A stretch of 47,975 bases of DNA from Lenisia limosa (GCA_001655205.1 LPNZ01007145.1:1-47975); one strand, 5' to 3'. Shown: positions 12,801-26,889, numbered from the stretch's first letter. Notes: a model not told the origin generated them from the sequence alone. Program-made: numbers and translations.

Positions 12801-15662
12801 CATTCTTCAGCTGAGGTGTTTTCAATTTCATCTAAAAGAGGGGCAGGGATGGTCTCGTTCAAAACTATGAAAATAAATTTTAAAAGGAATATCTTTGTGA
12901 ATGATTGGTGATAATGATTCAATTAATTGTCTTCCGATTAGCTACATCACAAACACTTGGAATTGAGGGATGAGCTGACGGTCTTGGCGATTATCCCCGA
13001 ACGGCTACATAACTGTGAGGCCCACAGGCGGCCAAGAACGTCCGCATGTTTTCCTGCTATTCTTTCGGTGATCGACTAGACTATGAGAAGGGAATTCACA
13101 TTTTTAGGGACCCAAGAATAGAAATAAACTTGAATCATTGTGGAAAACAGAATGCTTCAAATCATCGGTCAAAACATTCAAAAGGAATTTGGAGGTTGTT
13201 ATTGGATTTGTACATGTAGTACATGTATTATATAAGCCAGAACCGTCAACACCCATCACCATGCTTAAAGAAATTTCAATTATTGGATTCGAGACTTGCA
13301 AGACAATCCCCCAACCTCGAGAGTTTTCATCAGGAACAGTCGCATGACTTCATTGTCATCCGCGTTCTCCGCTGCAATGCGCATGATACCGGTGAGGATG
13401 GTGTAGGACTAAAACGTCAAAAAATAAGCTGGAAATCATACTAGTGATAGTTTGAGAGCAAAAGTATAAAACCGATCACACGATATATACCTGGAATGTA
13501 TGAGACGCAAGGGTGCACAGGTGCTCAGTGTACACTCTGACGTTGTTGGATGTGTTAGATGAGAGAAGATGCCACAGTAGCACGTCAACTACTCTCTGAA
13601 GTGTTGAGCCTCGGAATTATGATACAAGAGTAAAAATTAAAGGTGAAAATGATCAATCAGTGGGAAGGAATCATTTTTGGTAATTATAGAAGAAATACTG
13701 AATCTGTGGCAACGATGATGATTAACAATTGAAACAATAGAGATCTATTATCCAGTCCCTGTACTTTGAAAGTGGCGAAGTCCACCACACAAGCCGGAGA
13801 GCAAATGATATCCGTCTAAACTGGTGAGGCACTGGACCTACTTGGTGTTTGAATTCACATTAAACGTACCACATTTCCTTCCTTTGCAATGGTTCTCAGA
13901 AGGAAAAGGAGTAGACTGCAGTTTTGAAACCTGGAAAGATAACTACTGCATTACTTCCAGCTGACAATTATTCACAATTCCTGTATCAAATATCACGCAA
14001 TAAACGACGTTCATNNNNNNNNNNNNNNNNNNNNNNNNNNNNNNNNNNNNNNNNNNNNNNNNNNNNNNNNNNNNNNNNNNNNNNNNNNNNNNNNGGTCAT
14101 TGGCAACACCCAGTTCGGCCTTTCCTACATACTTTAATACTGTTTGAAAAGACGAACAGATAGAAACGGAAGGATCGATCACAAATACTTTTCTTATTCT
14201 ATTCGACACAAAAACAATACGCGAAATGAGAAAAATTGTGTGACCTTTAGATCAGACCTTGGCCAAACTGAACAGTTTATCAGCTCTGATCGGCTCAAAA
14301 AGTCGGAACACCACAATACGAATGGCTGCATGTGACGTCTGCATCGTCAACAGACCGAAGGCACGGGAATGTTGATCAAATTCTTCATTTTCTACTCAGG
14401 AATACGACAAGCGAAGGACACCAAAAGCCCTTTGAGAGTACCCACCTTGTCTAAAGAGTCGTTTTCAAGACAAACAGCAAGATCTCCTAGCTCCTGCTGC
14501 AATACTATAACGTTATAGATTGACAGGTTGTCAAGAGGTTCACTCATGATGGGTGGAGATAAAGATACAGTAATAAAAGATAACAACTGTCAGTACAAAG
14601 GTATATTTTGTGAAATGATATTTACTCTCTTTTTAATAAGGTGGGAGAGAATGCTAATTAATGATACACATTCAATCTAATTGCACACAAACAATCCCTG
14701 CACTCCAAAATAGCTATTTCGCAGACATGGGATTCCCAGGGGCGAGTCATTGATATCTTTGGAGAAGTCTACTTTGGTCTGTTTTAATGCTGCACTGCAA
14801 AGATGAGAAACAAAGCTATTGATGCTTTGAACGCAAGCATTAAATACAAATTAAAAATGTTACTAAGGTGAAGGTGACATCTTCAACAAATACAACATGT
14901 TTGAGTGATTGAAAAATCAATTTACACTTAATCCCCCTTGATCTATGCTCAACAAGAAAAAGGAGGAGAGCCCCACAAACTGTTTCGCAAGCTCCTCTTT
15001 CTCCATTGCCAAACGCTTGGACTCCATGATCTCTTGATCCAGGTACTGAATGTGCTGTGTGATTTGCTCCAGTTTCTGTGCGTGATCGGCTTCCGTCTCT
15101 TCCGGCTCCATATCCGGCTTGGTGTCATCTTCAGCATCAGGGACTGGCTCGGGCTGCTGGGTGAGGCAATATCGCCAAAATGAATATTGTTTGTTTAACA
15201 AATATTTGAAGAGCAATGATATTTAAGGACCAAATAGCCTGCAATCAGATAAATCTCTAGAATTAACTTTCATATTCAAATGATTACGTTCAAACTATCA
15301 TCACCCAATGAATGCATACACATCGTCTTCCCTCCAACCGCTTCGTCCTTCTCATCCTCGAGGCTGCCTTGGAACATGCTGTCAATATCCATGTCGTCAA
15401 CATCATCAGTGGGGTACTCAAGGTCATCAGCATCACTATATGTTGGTGATGCGGGCGCGTAACTTGGTGACCCTGGTGCGTATTCGGGTGATCCAGGAGC
15501 ATATTCGGGTGATCCAGGAGCATATTCAGGGGAATTAGCGGAGTAGGTTTGATCCTCTGAAGGTGGCGAGGCAGGGGGGTATGTGGGGGATGGTGGGTTG
15601 TAATCATTATTAGCATCTATGTCTTCTGCTTTAGCAGCAGCAAGAAGGGAGTGGATGTCCAT
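9838..15662 (-). CDS. NELFCD: Negative elongation factor C/D (TH1-like) homologue with acidic, CTD-like N-terminal extension and low-complexity C-terminal tail
   Basis: Colinear matches to recalled human NELFCD: [22 protein letters not shown] (FDPRKADSIF/ETPAWLEQMI), [18 protein letters not shown] (HPDCLMLNFTVKLISDAG), [101 protein letters not shown] (DISLIRYFVTEVLDVIAPPYTSDF). Stop TAA at 9838-9840. Joining the 14950-15662 exons to the core is inferred from phase-compatible splice sites. Two N-gaps lie inside. Confidence 0.82.
15441..15602 (-). repeat. Coding 21-bp/heptapeptide repeat resembling the RNA Pol II CTD (7 heptads)
   Basis: [14 protein letters not shown] (SEDQT) [35 protein letters not shown] in ORF 15276..15662; the plus-strand unit tattcgggtgatccaggagca occurs twice exactly. 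Confidence 0.9.
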
Positions 15663-15914
15663 ACTCGCTAGTTAGAGGAAAATGAACCCTTCGGTTCACT
15701 TTTCCAAAATACCGGATACCAAATGATATAAATATGTGTTTTCACACGTTCTAAATACAGATTGGTCTCAAAGAGGTCGAGTAACAAATTACATTCTGAA
15801 AAGAGAGCTAATCAAAACTAATCCCAAATAAGTGAAAAGAAATATTAGTGGAATTTCGGAATTTCTGTACTTATGACTAAGTGGTTCGGGTATATATAGA
15901 TTGATCCCCTCAGA

Positions 15915-18900
15915 ATGGGGTCTGAAAGTTCCTCTAAGAATGACGAACTTTCCCCACCGGTATGCGATGCTCTATTCTCAACGTTTTTTTACCTGGTGTA
16001 ATAATATTAATGCTGATCAGAGCGGAATCTGACCGTTTTAGCCGGTACCAGATGTGGTAACCGAGCGGGTATTTAGTCGCTATTTGACCGTTCTTTTCTT
16101 TCTCTTTGTCTTTGTCTTGACGTTGGAATGTAAGCGTAATAATAATAATGGGAAACCATAGCCTATTTGACCAGTGGATGCGGAACTATATTGCCGCGGG
16201 AATCACAATGTAGCCATTTTACCGACGTTTGTCTTTGACCCTGAACGGACCAAAGGTGACACCGAAAAAGCTTCATCAGTGGGGTAATAATTCCGCATTG
16301 AGTGGTGTGGTGAATAATCATGTTCAAAAACTTCGGTTGTTTTTTTTCGTCCTCTGACCATGCCAGATTGAGCTCGCGATCACACCGCTGGACGAGATCG
16401 CAGTTGGTGATGTTCTATCTCGAAACGGCGTACCCCTCTCAGTAGGCCCTTACGGGATGGGGGGCTTCTTGGGCTTTATGTTGCACTCAAATAAACTAAA
16501 AATATCATTGGACAGCGCTTATTATCCTAAGAAAGCCATTAACTTCATGTATTCTTGTCTGATGCAGCAATATGCTAACATGGCAGATATGGTTGAAGAA
16601 CAGCGAAGGCTTTGGAGTGCCCAATGCAACCATCACCATATCTTCTGTTTTGGTGTCCCCGACCGAGATGACCCACTTGATGCTTTGCGGACAATTCAGT
16701 AGGAGGCTTCCTTGATCATGTGGCTGTATGTTATGGAACCATTTTTTTATTATTTTATTTTTTTTATGAACAAAGGCAGGATAGCTGCTTTGAATGATAC
16801 ATTTCGACAATTCAAGTACTTGAATCTTTGTGTATTTTAACATCCAAACATTGAGAAACCATATGTCCTTTCTGTTACATGAGCTTGAACATTTTCCCGT
16901 TACTTTTTCGAATCTATGGTGTGTGTTAATGTGTTGCCAAATTTGAAAGCTCACAGTCGTAGTCAACCAGCGCCTTGATAAATATGACCGAACATCTATG
17001 TCGGGATTCCAAGATACCTTTATTGACTTCTGCTCTTCATCCCTGCGAGGTGCTACCAGTGTCACTGACAATATTGGGGTCAGTGGCTTGATGTGCTCTA
17101 GGCCTTTTTGGGATTTTAAATCGTCGAATCAATACACAAAGTAGCTATTGCTGATTGAGTATCATGAATTGATAGTCTCTAAACAAGGTGTCAGTTAGAC
17201 CGATATAGTATATCGGTCTTTATCCAAGGGTTATCTGTCGACTGTTCTGAAGAGAATCACGTTTCACCCTTTAGTACGCTGAGTTCCCAGACCTTGTCTT
17301 TGAGTCGGGCGTTTCCGGCACCTATCGCCTGGAGCTGGAGACGACGGTCTCTACCATTGATCGTCCCTTAGCCGAGTTCGAAATTGCCCTCGGTATGCCT
17401 GGCTATGCACCACTTTGTACTAAAAGACAAGTGAAGTCTCGCGAGTGGGAGTTTCGAATGTATGACCCATGATTCACCATACACTGACACACGATTGTAG
17501 AATCGACAGCAGCTAATTTAGAACTAATAACTGATATCGACTTCAAGGGCTTGGATGTACCCGTCAAGCCCTTCAAGGTCAGATACTTTTTTTTGTTTTG
17601 TGGTTTCATCTTCGGGAACTTTATTATGCTACACTATACAAATGTAAATACAATATTCCATACTTACACATAACTATTCCTTTGGATTTGAAATAGCAAA
17701 GAAAAGAATCGTTATCATAACTTTACAACTTTCATGATTCTGATTAAGCTGCAGATGAAACTGAGCGACTCCTTCGGAATGCCCTTAGCCTACCAAGGCA
17801 TCCAGCTGGCAGCCTTGGTTGACTCGCTGGACACGGTTGTTGAGAGTATTCCTTCAACGGGTGGGTTGCAGGATCCGTTCCAAGATATGGAACTCGCTTA
17901 ACGCATCCAGGTACATGTATTGGTTGTTCAGCCATTACCAATAAAGATGGAATTGCAGAATTCACCAACTTCACAGTCACGTCCGCGTCTGGCCATTTTG
18001 TGGTGGGTCGAGGTCCAATGGATTATTAGTTTTCTCTTATTTTGGATGGATCCAGTGTAATACTTTTTTCGTGGATTCAATATTCCCCTAAAATTGAATT
18101 GATATTTATTATACTTAGTTTTAAAGAAGAGGCATGTTTAGTTGTGTTGATTATAGAGAGTAAAATATACAAATACATTTAGTACTTATAGTGCATACTA
18201 TGTGATATCAGAAGATATCAAACACATTGCAGTTTTAAAAGAGTTTGTCTACTGCTTTAGGCTTTTTCAGGGTTCTCAGGCCTGGCTATGAAGTCTTTCA
18301 TGCGTAATAGGTGAGAAGATTTGAGAACTGAAATATTTGGTGTGGATCTGTTTATTCTCCTCGTCCTTACGTACACATTTCATCACTTCAGTGAGACCGG
18401 TTTGATGTATTCCCCTGATAACAACATCTTCAAGGTTCCACCTAGAACATATAAGGTATGAGGGTCTTCAACCGATTTCAGTCAGTGTAGGATTTTTGAA
18501 GCCATATTAGTGAGATTAAGAACTTGTCTAATCCGTTAGGTCATTTTGAGTCAGCCTCCATCCTCAGTTTACGTTTATGAAGAGTTCAAACTCAAAGTTA
18601 AGGTATACATACACACAGGAAATATCACAAACTTGTCAGCAGTCGTATAAATATAACATTATTAAATACAACTACATTCTATGCTAAATAATATCATTTG
18701 ATATCATATCATATATAGTGTATATGTATATGATAGAGATTTTTTAAAAATATTATGATTAGTGTTTTATCCCTAACATCAACCGCTTTGATGAAACCAT
18801 TGATAGATTGAATGCTCTTTGGTCTTCTCAACTAATTTGGCAGATTCTTGACGAAAGCGACAAGCCTGTTTCTGACATTGGTTTTTTCATCGTGGATATA

Positions 18901-21900
18901 GGATTGGGTTGGCAAAGAACACCATAGTACATTGTGCGGTCTTTTTTATACCAGGTTTCTCAGGATTTCAAATATCTTTGAAATGAATGCTAACACCGCT
19001 ATAGAGAATGATGAGTTTGTAATAGACATGTTGTCTCTCTCACTGGACGATATGGGTGACCAAACTAAAGGAATAATGGTGGGTTGTTTCAAGGTTCCAC
19101 TTTGAGGATTTGGAATATGTTAGATGCTTTCTTTTTCTAGAATTCATGTTACATTCTCTCGTAGGTTTAATGAAGATTAAGTCTGTATTTAAGAAGCTGT
19201 AATTAGTATTGTTAGGGGGCCACCCGACTTCGAACTGACACAAACGGCGAAGCAACTGCCACTGTTCATTACGAGATTACTGGGTAGGTCGTCTTGTCCT
19301 CTACATTCAGAATAATAATATTGATAAGTTACAATTTAGTGGCTGATATATTATGTCTATAGTCTTGGTATTTAATTATGATAGGAGTTGTATATCCTTT
19401 CTTTACATGAAGCTGTGTTCCTCCTTTTCATCATAACCATTCCTCAATTGTTAACATAACTATTGTCAAGGCTGTTCCCCAAAGGGTTTTTTAAAAAATT
19501 GACTTCCCAGAATCCTGACGAAAAACACGATCCAAGCCTTCTGTCAAGGCTCCAAAAGTGCCGCTTATGAGATCCAGATCAAGAGTATCATTGACGAAGT
19601 TGGGGGGGGGGGGGNNNNNNNNNNNNNNNNNNNNNNNNNNNNNNNNNNNNNNNNNNNNNNNNNNNNNNNNNNNNNNNNNNNNNNNNNNNNNNNNNNNNNN
19701 NNNNNTCCCGCACTGAGATAGAAGGTAAGGAGAGTAGAGAAGAGATAAGAGGTAATGGCAAGTCTCACATGGATCTGGAGGGGGAGTAAAATATTGATGA
19801 TGAAGCCACATTGTCCATCATTTTCCATATTTGCTTCCTTTGTCGTTGTTAACACTGTATTCATTTCTCCCCCCCCCCCNNNNNNNNNNATTGTGGATGG
19901 CTCGGTTAAGTGCTCCGAGGATTTGGCTGATATGGTTGGTCATCCAAATGAAATAAAAATGTTACATTTTGAAGATTTGGGATCCTCGTACCACTTTTCT
20001 GATTTTATTCATGAATCGTGAGCTTTGTTGTTTCTCTGGCTAACTGGGTTTTATTACGTTTCCATATAAATCCTACGCGTTTCACCCTGCTCACACTTTC
20101 AGTCCCAAGATATTAGTGTCCATATGTCCACGTATTCCGAGAGCACACGTGGGAGAGGGCTGAAAATTATTATCATAGCCTCTTTTTTCAACTTAGTGTA
20201 TTAATATTTCAGTTAACGTCGGTTACCTTGAGGTTGACATCTTCCCGGATATCCCTGATGACATGTATCTGCAGAGGTACTTCATAAATGTGTGTTTGGG
20301 CTAAAATTCTCTTAATTAAAACTAATAATCATAAGAATGAACTAACATTATTACGAGGGCTTGACCAGGCAAAAAGTAATAGATTGATTCGGTCCAAATG
20401 AAACGGGGACGGGGGTTATAGGATAGAACAAAAATTTTGTGTCTTGATTATCTTTATGTCCCAGGCTCGATACACCAACGTTTTCGTAGGCAAGTACTTC
20501 AGTGACCATACACAATTCCCAAAGATCAGAGTGGGTGACTGTTTCGCTATCAATTACATAATCCAACATTATTCTAGTTTCCAATTGGGCACTTCAAGAT
20601 ACCATAGTTTTTCAGAGTTTCTCTCTTATTAATATGTTCTTGAGGTTTTAAAGACCTTTAATATAACCAGAAAGATGTTCATTGTTTTTTTTAATGTTTG
20701 TCAGTTTTACGCCAAAGTGGGAGACCGGATTGTTGGGTACTCTAAGTACATCCGAGCCAACTTCAAGAACGTGGTGGATGACGAGTAGGCGAAGTATTTT
20801 GTTTTTGGCTATCGTCGGCTTTTGAATACTTGTCAATTTATGGACAGTTATTTTTTATCGGGTATTTTAGAAAAAGCGCCCCAAGTGTGACAGTTTAGGT
20901 TTTATTTTCTGAATGTAACTGACCACGATAATCGCACTGTCTTTGAACCTCTGATGGACATGGATATTACTGTTGAAGTAAGCTTGGGAGTTGGATGAAT
21001 AAAAACACTGTATTCTCCACAAGATTTCGGGATCTCTCATGCCGCACTTTATCATATCGTTTCTCAGTTTGAAGGCACCCCATCATCTTGAGGACATTAT
21101 GTGTAACCTTTGAGAGCTATCCAACTGCTTCGATTATGCTTAACCTATTCAGCTCTACCAGCCAAATAGAACAACACCGGATGTTTTACTCAACCCTGTT
21201 CAGTTATACCCTTCTTACGACTTGCCTATAAGAGAGGTAATGTGTATTATATGTAGCTATGTATTATATATGTATACATTTTATCATATGTTTCTCATTT
21301 TATCTCACTTATACAAATTTAAAGGTTTTGTAATATGTCAGATATATACATAATATACTATGCCATATATTATATGCCAATTCTATGTTGAATTGAATTC
21401 CCTATTATACCTCTGACTCTCTAGGTAAGCGATAATGGATTGTGACTGTTGTCGTCAGTATGTTGTAAGAGGTGGATTATCACATTCAACCTCGTATTTA
21501 TTTCCTTTATTTCCTTTATGCAAAGTTGTATACTCATAGTTTATGGTTGTATTAAGCCATAATTTGAAGTGTCGGGAGGAAAACCATTTTGAACTTCCCG
21601 TGCTTAAGGTCAAAAGACCAAAACACCAGCCCACCATGGAGCCCTATTGTCAATTTATATCTCATAACAAGTTAAAAACAAGTTCGGGAATATGGAGGGA
21701 GGGGCTCAAAAAATTGACGATAGAGGCTCTAAACGTGAATATAGAAGTATAAATCAAAATAGGATGACTTGGATAATCCGTGAATTGATTTTTCGAAATA
21801 AGGGTTAACCTTATTTCTTATTATTTTGTCTCCACGCAACCTTTGTCTGGTATTTCTGAAATATAACCGTTGTTAAACACACTTCTGCATTTATTACTTT

Positions 21901-24800
21901 TTTTTTGTCTTCATGCACCAACAATCCTTCAGTTTTTATTATTATTATTTAGCTGTCAGCTACCTTTATTTTGGCCAGCTGCTTTAAGTTCTAACAACAC
22001 TCCTTTCTTATTTTCGTAGTCTTTGTATTGAACTATTTCCTATCAACATTCACGCTTCTAGCTGCTCTATGGTCTTACCCACTACTACTACCCTATTGTA
22101 ATGAACATTGAGCTGACCAACGTTAGGGGGTACTGTCTTTCCCAAGGACTTCACTGTAGTTGGAAATGTTGACATTTTTTCATGGTTTCCAAAGTGATTG
22201 AATCTCATGGTTTAGAAAACAACCCGTCTAAGCTACACTATGAATATTGGTAGGAGAGATGGTAGTAATGATTTTTGAGAATTTTATCGTATTACACAAA
22301 TTTGATGATATATTCGTATCACATTCTCCAAGAACAAAAAATCATCTCATTTCTCTAGCCTCAAGAGGTACCCCAAGTGTTCCCATGGCTCAAATTGCCT
22401 ATTAGTATGCGCATTACTTGACCACTATGTTAAAATAGACAGTACCAAGAACATCTCAAATTGAAAACCAAATTCTTTTAAATTAGTCTGTGTAGCAAAA
22501 CAGAAAGGTGGCTCTTTATACACTTATTATACAGTCTATTATAGCTTGTGTGTGATACATATGTATACATCTACATATCATATGTATGCATATTTACATA
22601 TGATGTAATTAGATGATAGAATACCCTCACCCAGTTACAAATCTTTATTGATAAAAGTAATTTTCAGTGTCGTGTCCAAGGGCAGCAACCCCGCACCTTC
22701 TATAGCAAAGTACTCTCCTCTTTCACCCTACGGTTAGCTTGAATTGCATTAATCTCCGCCATCGAAAAAAATCTTTCTCATGTTTTTGAGGGCTTTTTTT
22801 TTTTCACAAACCCACCATTGTTCATCAAGTGTCACCCCTCTCCCTCGACAGTCATTCACAAGATGCATAGACCTACTGAACTGCCTTCGTACAAGATCCA
22901 CCAGCCCACTGAAGTTTGGGGGAAATCAGCAAGACGGTACACTTTGCTTTGTGACTCGTTTAGAAGCTTCCTACCAATCAGTTCCATCAGATTCTCATTG
23001 AACAAACCAATCCGGGTAAGTTCCGTGTTAGATCATTTTCAAGCACAGTTTGCGTTTACAATGTTGAAGTAAACACATAAAAGACATGATATATTCAACT
23101 GTAAAACCACCAACTGATTTTATCCAACACATTAGATGCCGCTGTCGTACCAACACCAGTTCGTGTTGAACAATATGTTGTCGCAAAATATGGCTCGTAA
23201 GTAGTTGTATTCATTTTTCAGGCTTGAGCCCTCTTGTGGTGATTTCTGTTTTCCCTAATTCTGCTAATGCAAACAGAGCAAACTTGTCAGCATACACTGG
23301 AAATACCCTCAGCGGCATTGACCAGCCATCCCACGTCTTTACTGGCTCTTCTGTGAGATTACTGGGCTGCAGGTTTAATGATAATGCTAGAGCTCACCTA
23401 TTTAGACCAACATCACCGTTGGATTCAAGCCAGGTCTCGACTCTATTGTCGGATGTCTCGTGTATATTGGGTCAAATATCATGTATGATGGGACGTGATT
23501 TTCATGACTTAGCTTGATTGCATTTTCCTTTCATTGTCATTATCAAGTGTGACTTAGAATTTGACGTATTATTGTAGAACAATCGAATTAGAGTTCTACA
23601 GTGAGGACATCGCCCTTTCCAACTTCAGTCCGGTATGTGGAGTGTGTATAGTTGCATTCCCAGTTTAAGAGGATCCGATTTAATAGACTTGTTATGAGCG
23701 AAGAAGAATCCCTGTTTAGTGTTATTGATAAAAAAAAGCATTAATAAAGCTGTAGCTTGGGGTCACCTTACCTTATTTGGAGTCAAATTACACGTCTGAA
23801 TTCTCCGTTGACATCACCACAACATATGACAAAAACGATGTCATTATGCCATACTGGGTAAGATCATGATTATGTGGTCTTTTAGACAATTGCATGTTTC
23901 TGCTCAACTGTCTTCAATTGCACCGGTACTACACGCATATTATTATTATCACACCTTCCCTTTTCACATTCAAGGCGATAGCAGTTGCTGAAGACAAGTC
24001 ACATGAAGTCTTCTTCCAGGTGGGGGCTTTTCCATATCAGGAAGCCTCACTTTTTTGTTTAAATTGGAAGTTGCAAGCCAAAGTTACCTAATTAGGCAAG
24101 TATCAATGCAACCGAAGGAATTCTTTCCATCTATAGGCAAATGAGCCCCATTAGCATTGGTGTATTTGTAAGAAGGTTTTGGCTTGATCAATACAAAATG
24201 TAATTGAATCTTGACAATGTGACATTTTAGTATCATCTCTATGGAATGGAAGGCGGTCTGAGGAGCTCAGCTGAGCCGCTCGAACGGATTGATATGAATG
24301 CCAACTTCACAGCTCGGAGTTTACTGTATTCAAACTTTGTTCAACTTCCCACAGGGTTTGCTTTGCTTTTTTGGGTAACAGATAGTGTATTTGTTATTTA
24401 AATCGAAGCTTTTTTCTTCTTGTCCACCCGCACCCCCTATTCCACTCACTTCATAGACCCGGAAACTCCCTCCAAGTGCTCCCATCTACACCCGAATTTG
24501 AAGTTTTCTGTAGAGAGGCTACAAACCCAGGTATGTTGCAACATATTATACTACATAGTTTTAATCAATACCTAGTTATATTTGAGAATATTGCGCAATC
24601 CCTATTGCTTACATTTTAGCTTATAATTGTCCAAGCAACTTATTAGAAACTGAGCTGTCCATCGAAGCCGAAATCGTAGTTGATGACAGTACACGTTAGC
24701 TTTGATAACTATTCTATAACTACATATTGTCTGTCTTCATATCGTAGCACTTTATTAATTGATCTTTTTCATTAGTTTTGTTCTAGAACTGCAATAAAGC
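15915..24800 (+). CDS. Large multi-exon membrane protein with Ig-like (Big_1/invasin-type) repeats; may be two adjacent genes split near 22700-22800
   Basis: ATG at 15915, hydrophobic anchor YLTVLFFLFVFVLTLE (~16080-16130), repeat motifs WQIWLKNSEGFGVPNATITIS (~16580), YAEFPDLVFESGVSGTYRLEL (~17275), LQMKLSDSFGMPL (~17750), AITNKDGIAEFTNFTVTSASG (~17930), VILSQPPSSVYVYEEFKLKVK (~18540), TM segment LIFVVFVLNYFLSTFTLLAALWSYP (~22010-22085). The 3' end is uncertain. Confidence 0.55.
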
Positions 24801-24876
24801 CCTGGTGATTAAACCATCATTATATGATATTTGTTTATTTCGCAATTGCAGTTTTCTTATATGGACGTTTAATCGT

Positions 24877-26537
24877 CTATGGAGAAGCCATCGCAAACGA
24901 CGGGGTGAAAGTCGGCATGCCATTACTGACATTCCCAAAAGTAAGAAGGGCTAACTTCGGTTTTTCTGTGCTGATAATCTTATATAACTGTAGGCTATTC
25001 TGGAAGGCAAGTACAACATGGGCTTCCGCTTTAGCCACATCAAAAATGAGTACATTGGTGGTAACCCTGTCGCTCTCGACCTTCAGGTTTGTCATTTTCT
25101 CTGAAACGTTGGTGGAACTCCCTCCAGTGATTTCGCACATCCCCCTTTTTATCTTTGTTAATTTAGTAATATTACGGTCTTGACCCAGACCTGCTGTGGC
25201 ACAAAAGTTTTGAAGGAACGTAAATATGTGATTTTTCATGGAACCATCTTTCCCAAACGTCGTACGGCCCGAAACGCTCGTATACATTTCTCGTCACTAA
25301 ATGCTTACAGTACCAAATGCATAAATTACCAAATGACAGTTCATTCTTCAAAACCCTATTAATGAAGGCGTAGCCACTCTGTGTCAGTCTGGTGAGTCTG
25401 CCTTCATAGCATTCGATCATCTGAAATATAAGAAAGAGGAAGAAAATAAAGGTAACAAACTTTGAGGTACTCTTCAGCATCCTTTCCAGCCCCAGTCTCC
25501 TGAATGAAGGCAGCATTGCCTTTGGTGGTAACGCTGACCCAGGAAGAAACGACCCTACCCGTCAGCAGCGTGAACTATGACAACTTTCTTAGCAGCAATA
25601 GCAGCAACATTGATCTGCCACCACCGGTTGTCCTAGTCCATGTTTGTGAACAAACAGCTCAAATACCTGGGGACAATAATCGTAAAATGTGTGATAAACT
25701 CAACTTGGTCCCACAAATGAGCGCACTACATTCCCAAGTAGAGAGGCGGCTTGTAATCCTGCTGAATTAAAAAACTCTGTTGTAGTCTGCGGAGAAGATA
25801 AAAGGAAACCGGATTCATAATCCTGTTGAATAATGACATGGCAAAACAAAACAAAATAACTTCAACTAACTTACATTTGAAATGTGTGACGGTAGCAGAG
25901 ATTGCATGGTTTCAATATCGAGAATTTGGTTCCCAATCTACGAGATAAACTGTTTAGAGTAGCTTGTGTCCCGGATGAGCATCCTCCAAATTTTCATCAT
26001 TCAACTACCATGTTGGCATCGAATGTGTTATCAGTCATGATCCACGCGAGTACCTTAAGTTTCAACTCGCAATAGAATCAATTGAAAAGAGGGCATATGA
26101 TAAACAGGGTATTTTTGCCTTAATAATAGATTGCGAAAAGATTAAAAGTGAATTACAGTTGCTAACACAGCTGAAGCTGATGATAGTCTGTAAATGGGGT
26201 GAGGTTTTCAGCCTTGGCTTCCTGAAGAGATTTAACAACACAAATTTACTTGTTTAAAACGTTTAAACACAAACCTCTGCCGCTTCTACCCGTTGGATGG
26301 CGTTGTTGGGGGGGGGGGGGTTNNNNNNNNNNNNNNNNNNNNNNNNNNNNNNNNNNNNNNNNNNNNNNNNNNNNNNNNNNNNNNNNNNNNNNNNAGTGTG
26401 AAAACAAAACGATGTAATAACAGGAACAGCAAACGAAAACATCACAAGGCAACTTTACACTCATCTTGCTATTGTATAGGTAACCCTTTTACTACTTTTG
26501 GCACTCCCAGGTGACGGGCAAGGGGGCTGAGCTTCAT
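24877..26537 (-). CDS. Hypothetical multi-exon protein, no family recognised
   Basis: ATG at 26537 (MKLSPLARHLGVPK); exons DNRWWQINVAAIAAKKVVIVHAAD, SVTTKGNAAFIQETGAGKDAEEYLK, MIECYEGRLTRLTQSGYAFINR; last exon ...NGMPTFTPSFAMASP* with stop at 24877; GT-AG boundaries. Confidence 0.5.
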
Positions 26538-26889
26538 TTTTAAACGCAAAGAGGGCAAAAATATACAAAACGCCAAAGATTCAAAGACCTAATTTTTTTT
26601 TTTTTTGGGGGGGGAGTTTTAGAACGCAAACCATGGTATTTTAAACAACTAAATTATTCCACCACCCAATAAATAAAAAAAGAAAATACCACGATTCAGA
26701 ATAAAATGTAAAGATACAAATTCATCTAATATTTACCAACCAAGTCTTTGCATATTTGTTCAAAATATCATTTTTGTTTGGAAGTAATGTTACAGCTAAA
26801 CATTCAGCGAGAAGAGATAAATCTCTTTTCAGAGCCACTGCAGCCTCTTGAAGTTTTTCTCTAAAAAATATTTTCAAATAAAGTTCCAT

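Noticed and set aside
14300-14345. RING-like TCSHSYC on the minus strand
   Set aside because: Off-frame reading of a NELF-C/D exon; it lacks the remaining Zn ligands and ends in a stop.
15276-15662. Heptads as the true Rpb1 CTD
   Set aside because: They are N-terminal, number only seven, deviate from YSPTSPS, and no Rpb1 domains are nearby.
16505-17071. 188-aa minus-strand ORF
   Set aside because: Antisense shadow of plus-strand Ig-repeat exons and introns; no motif.
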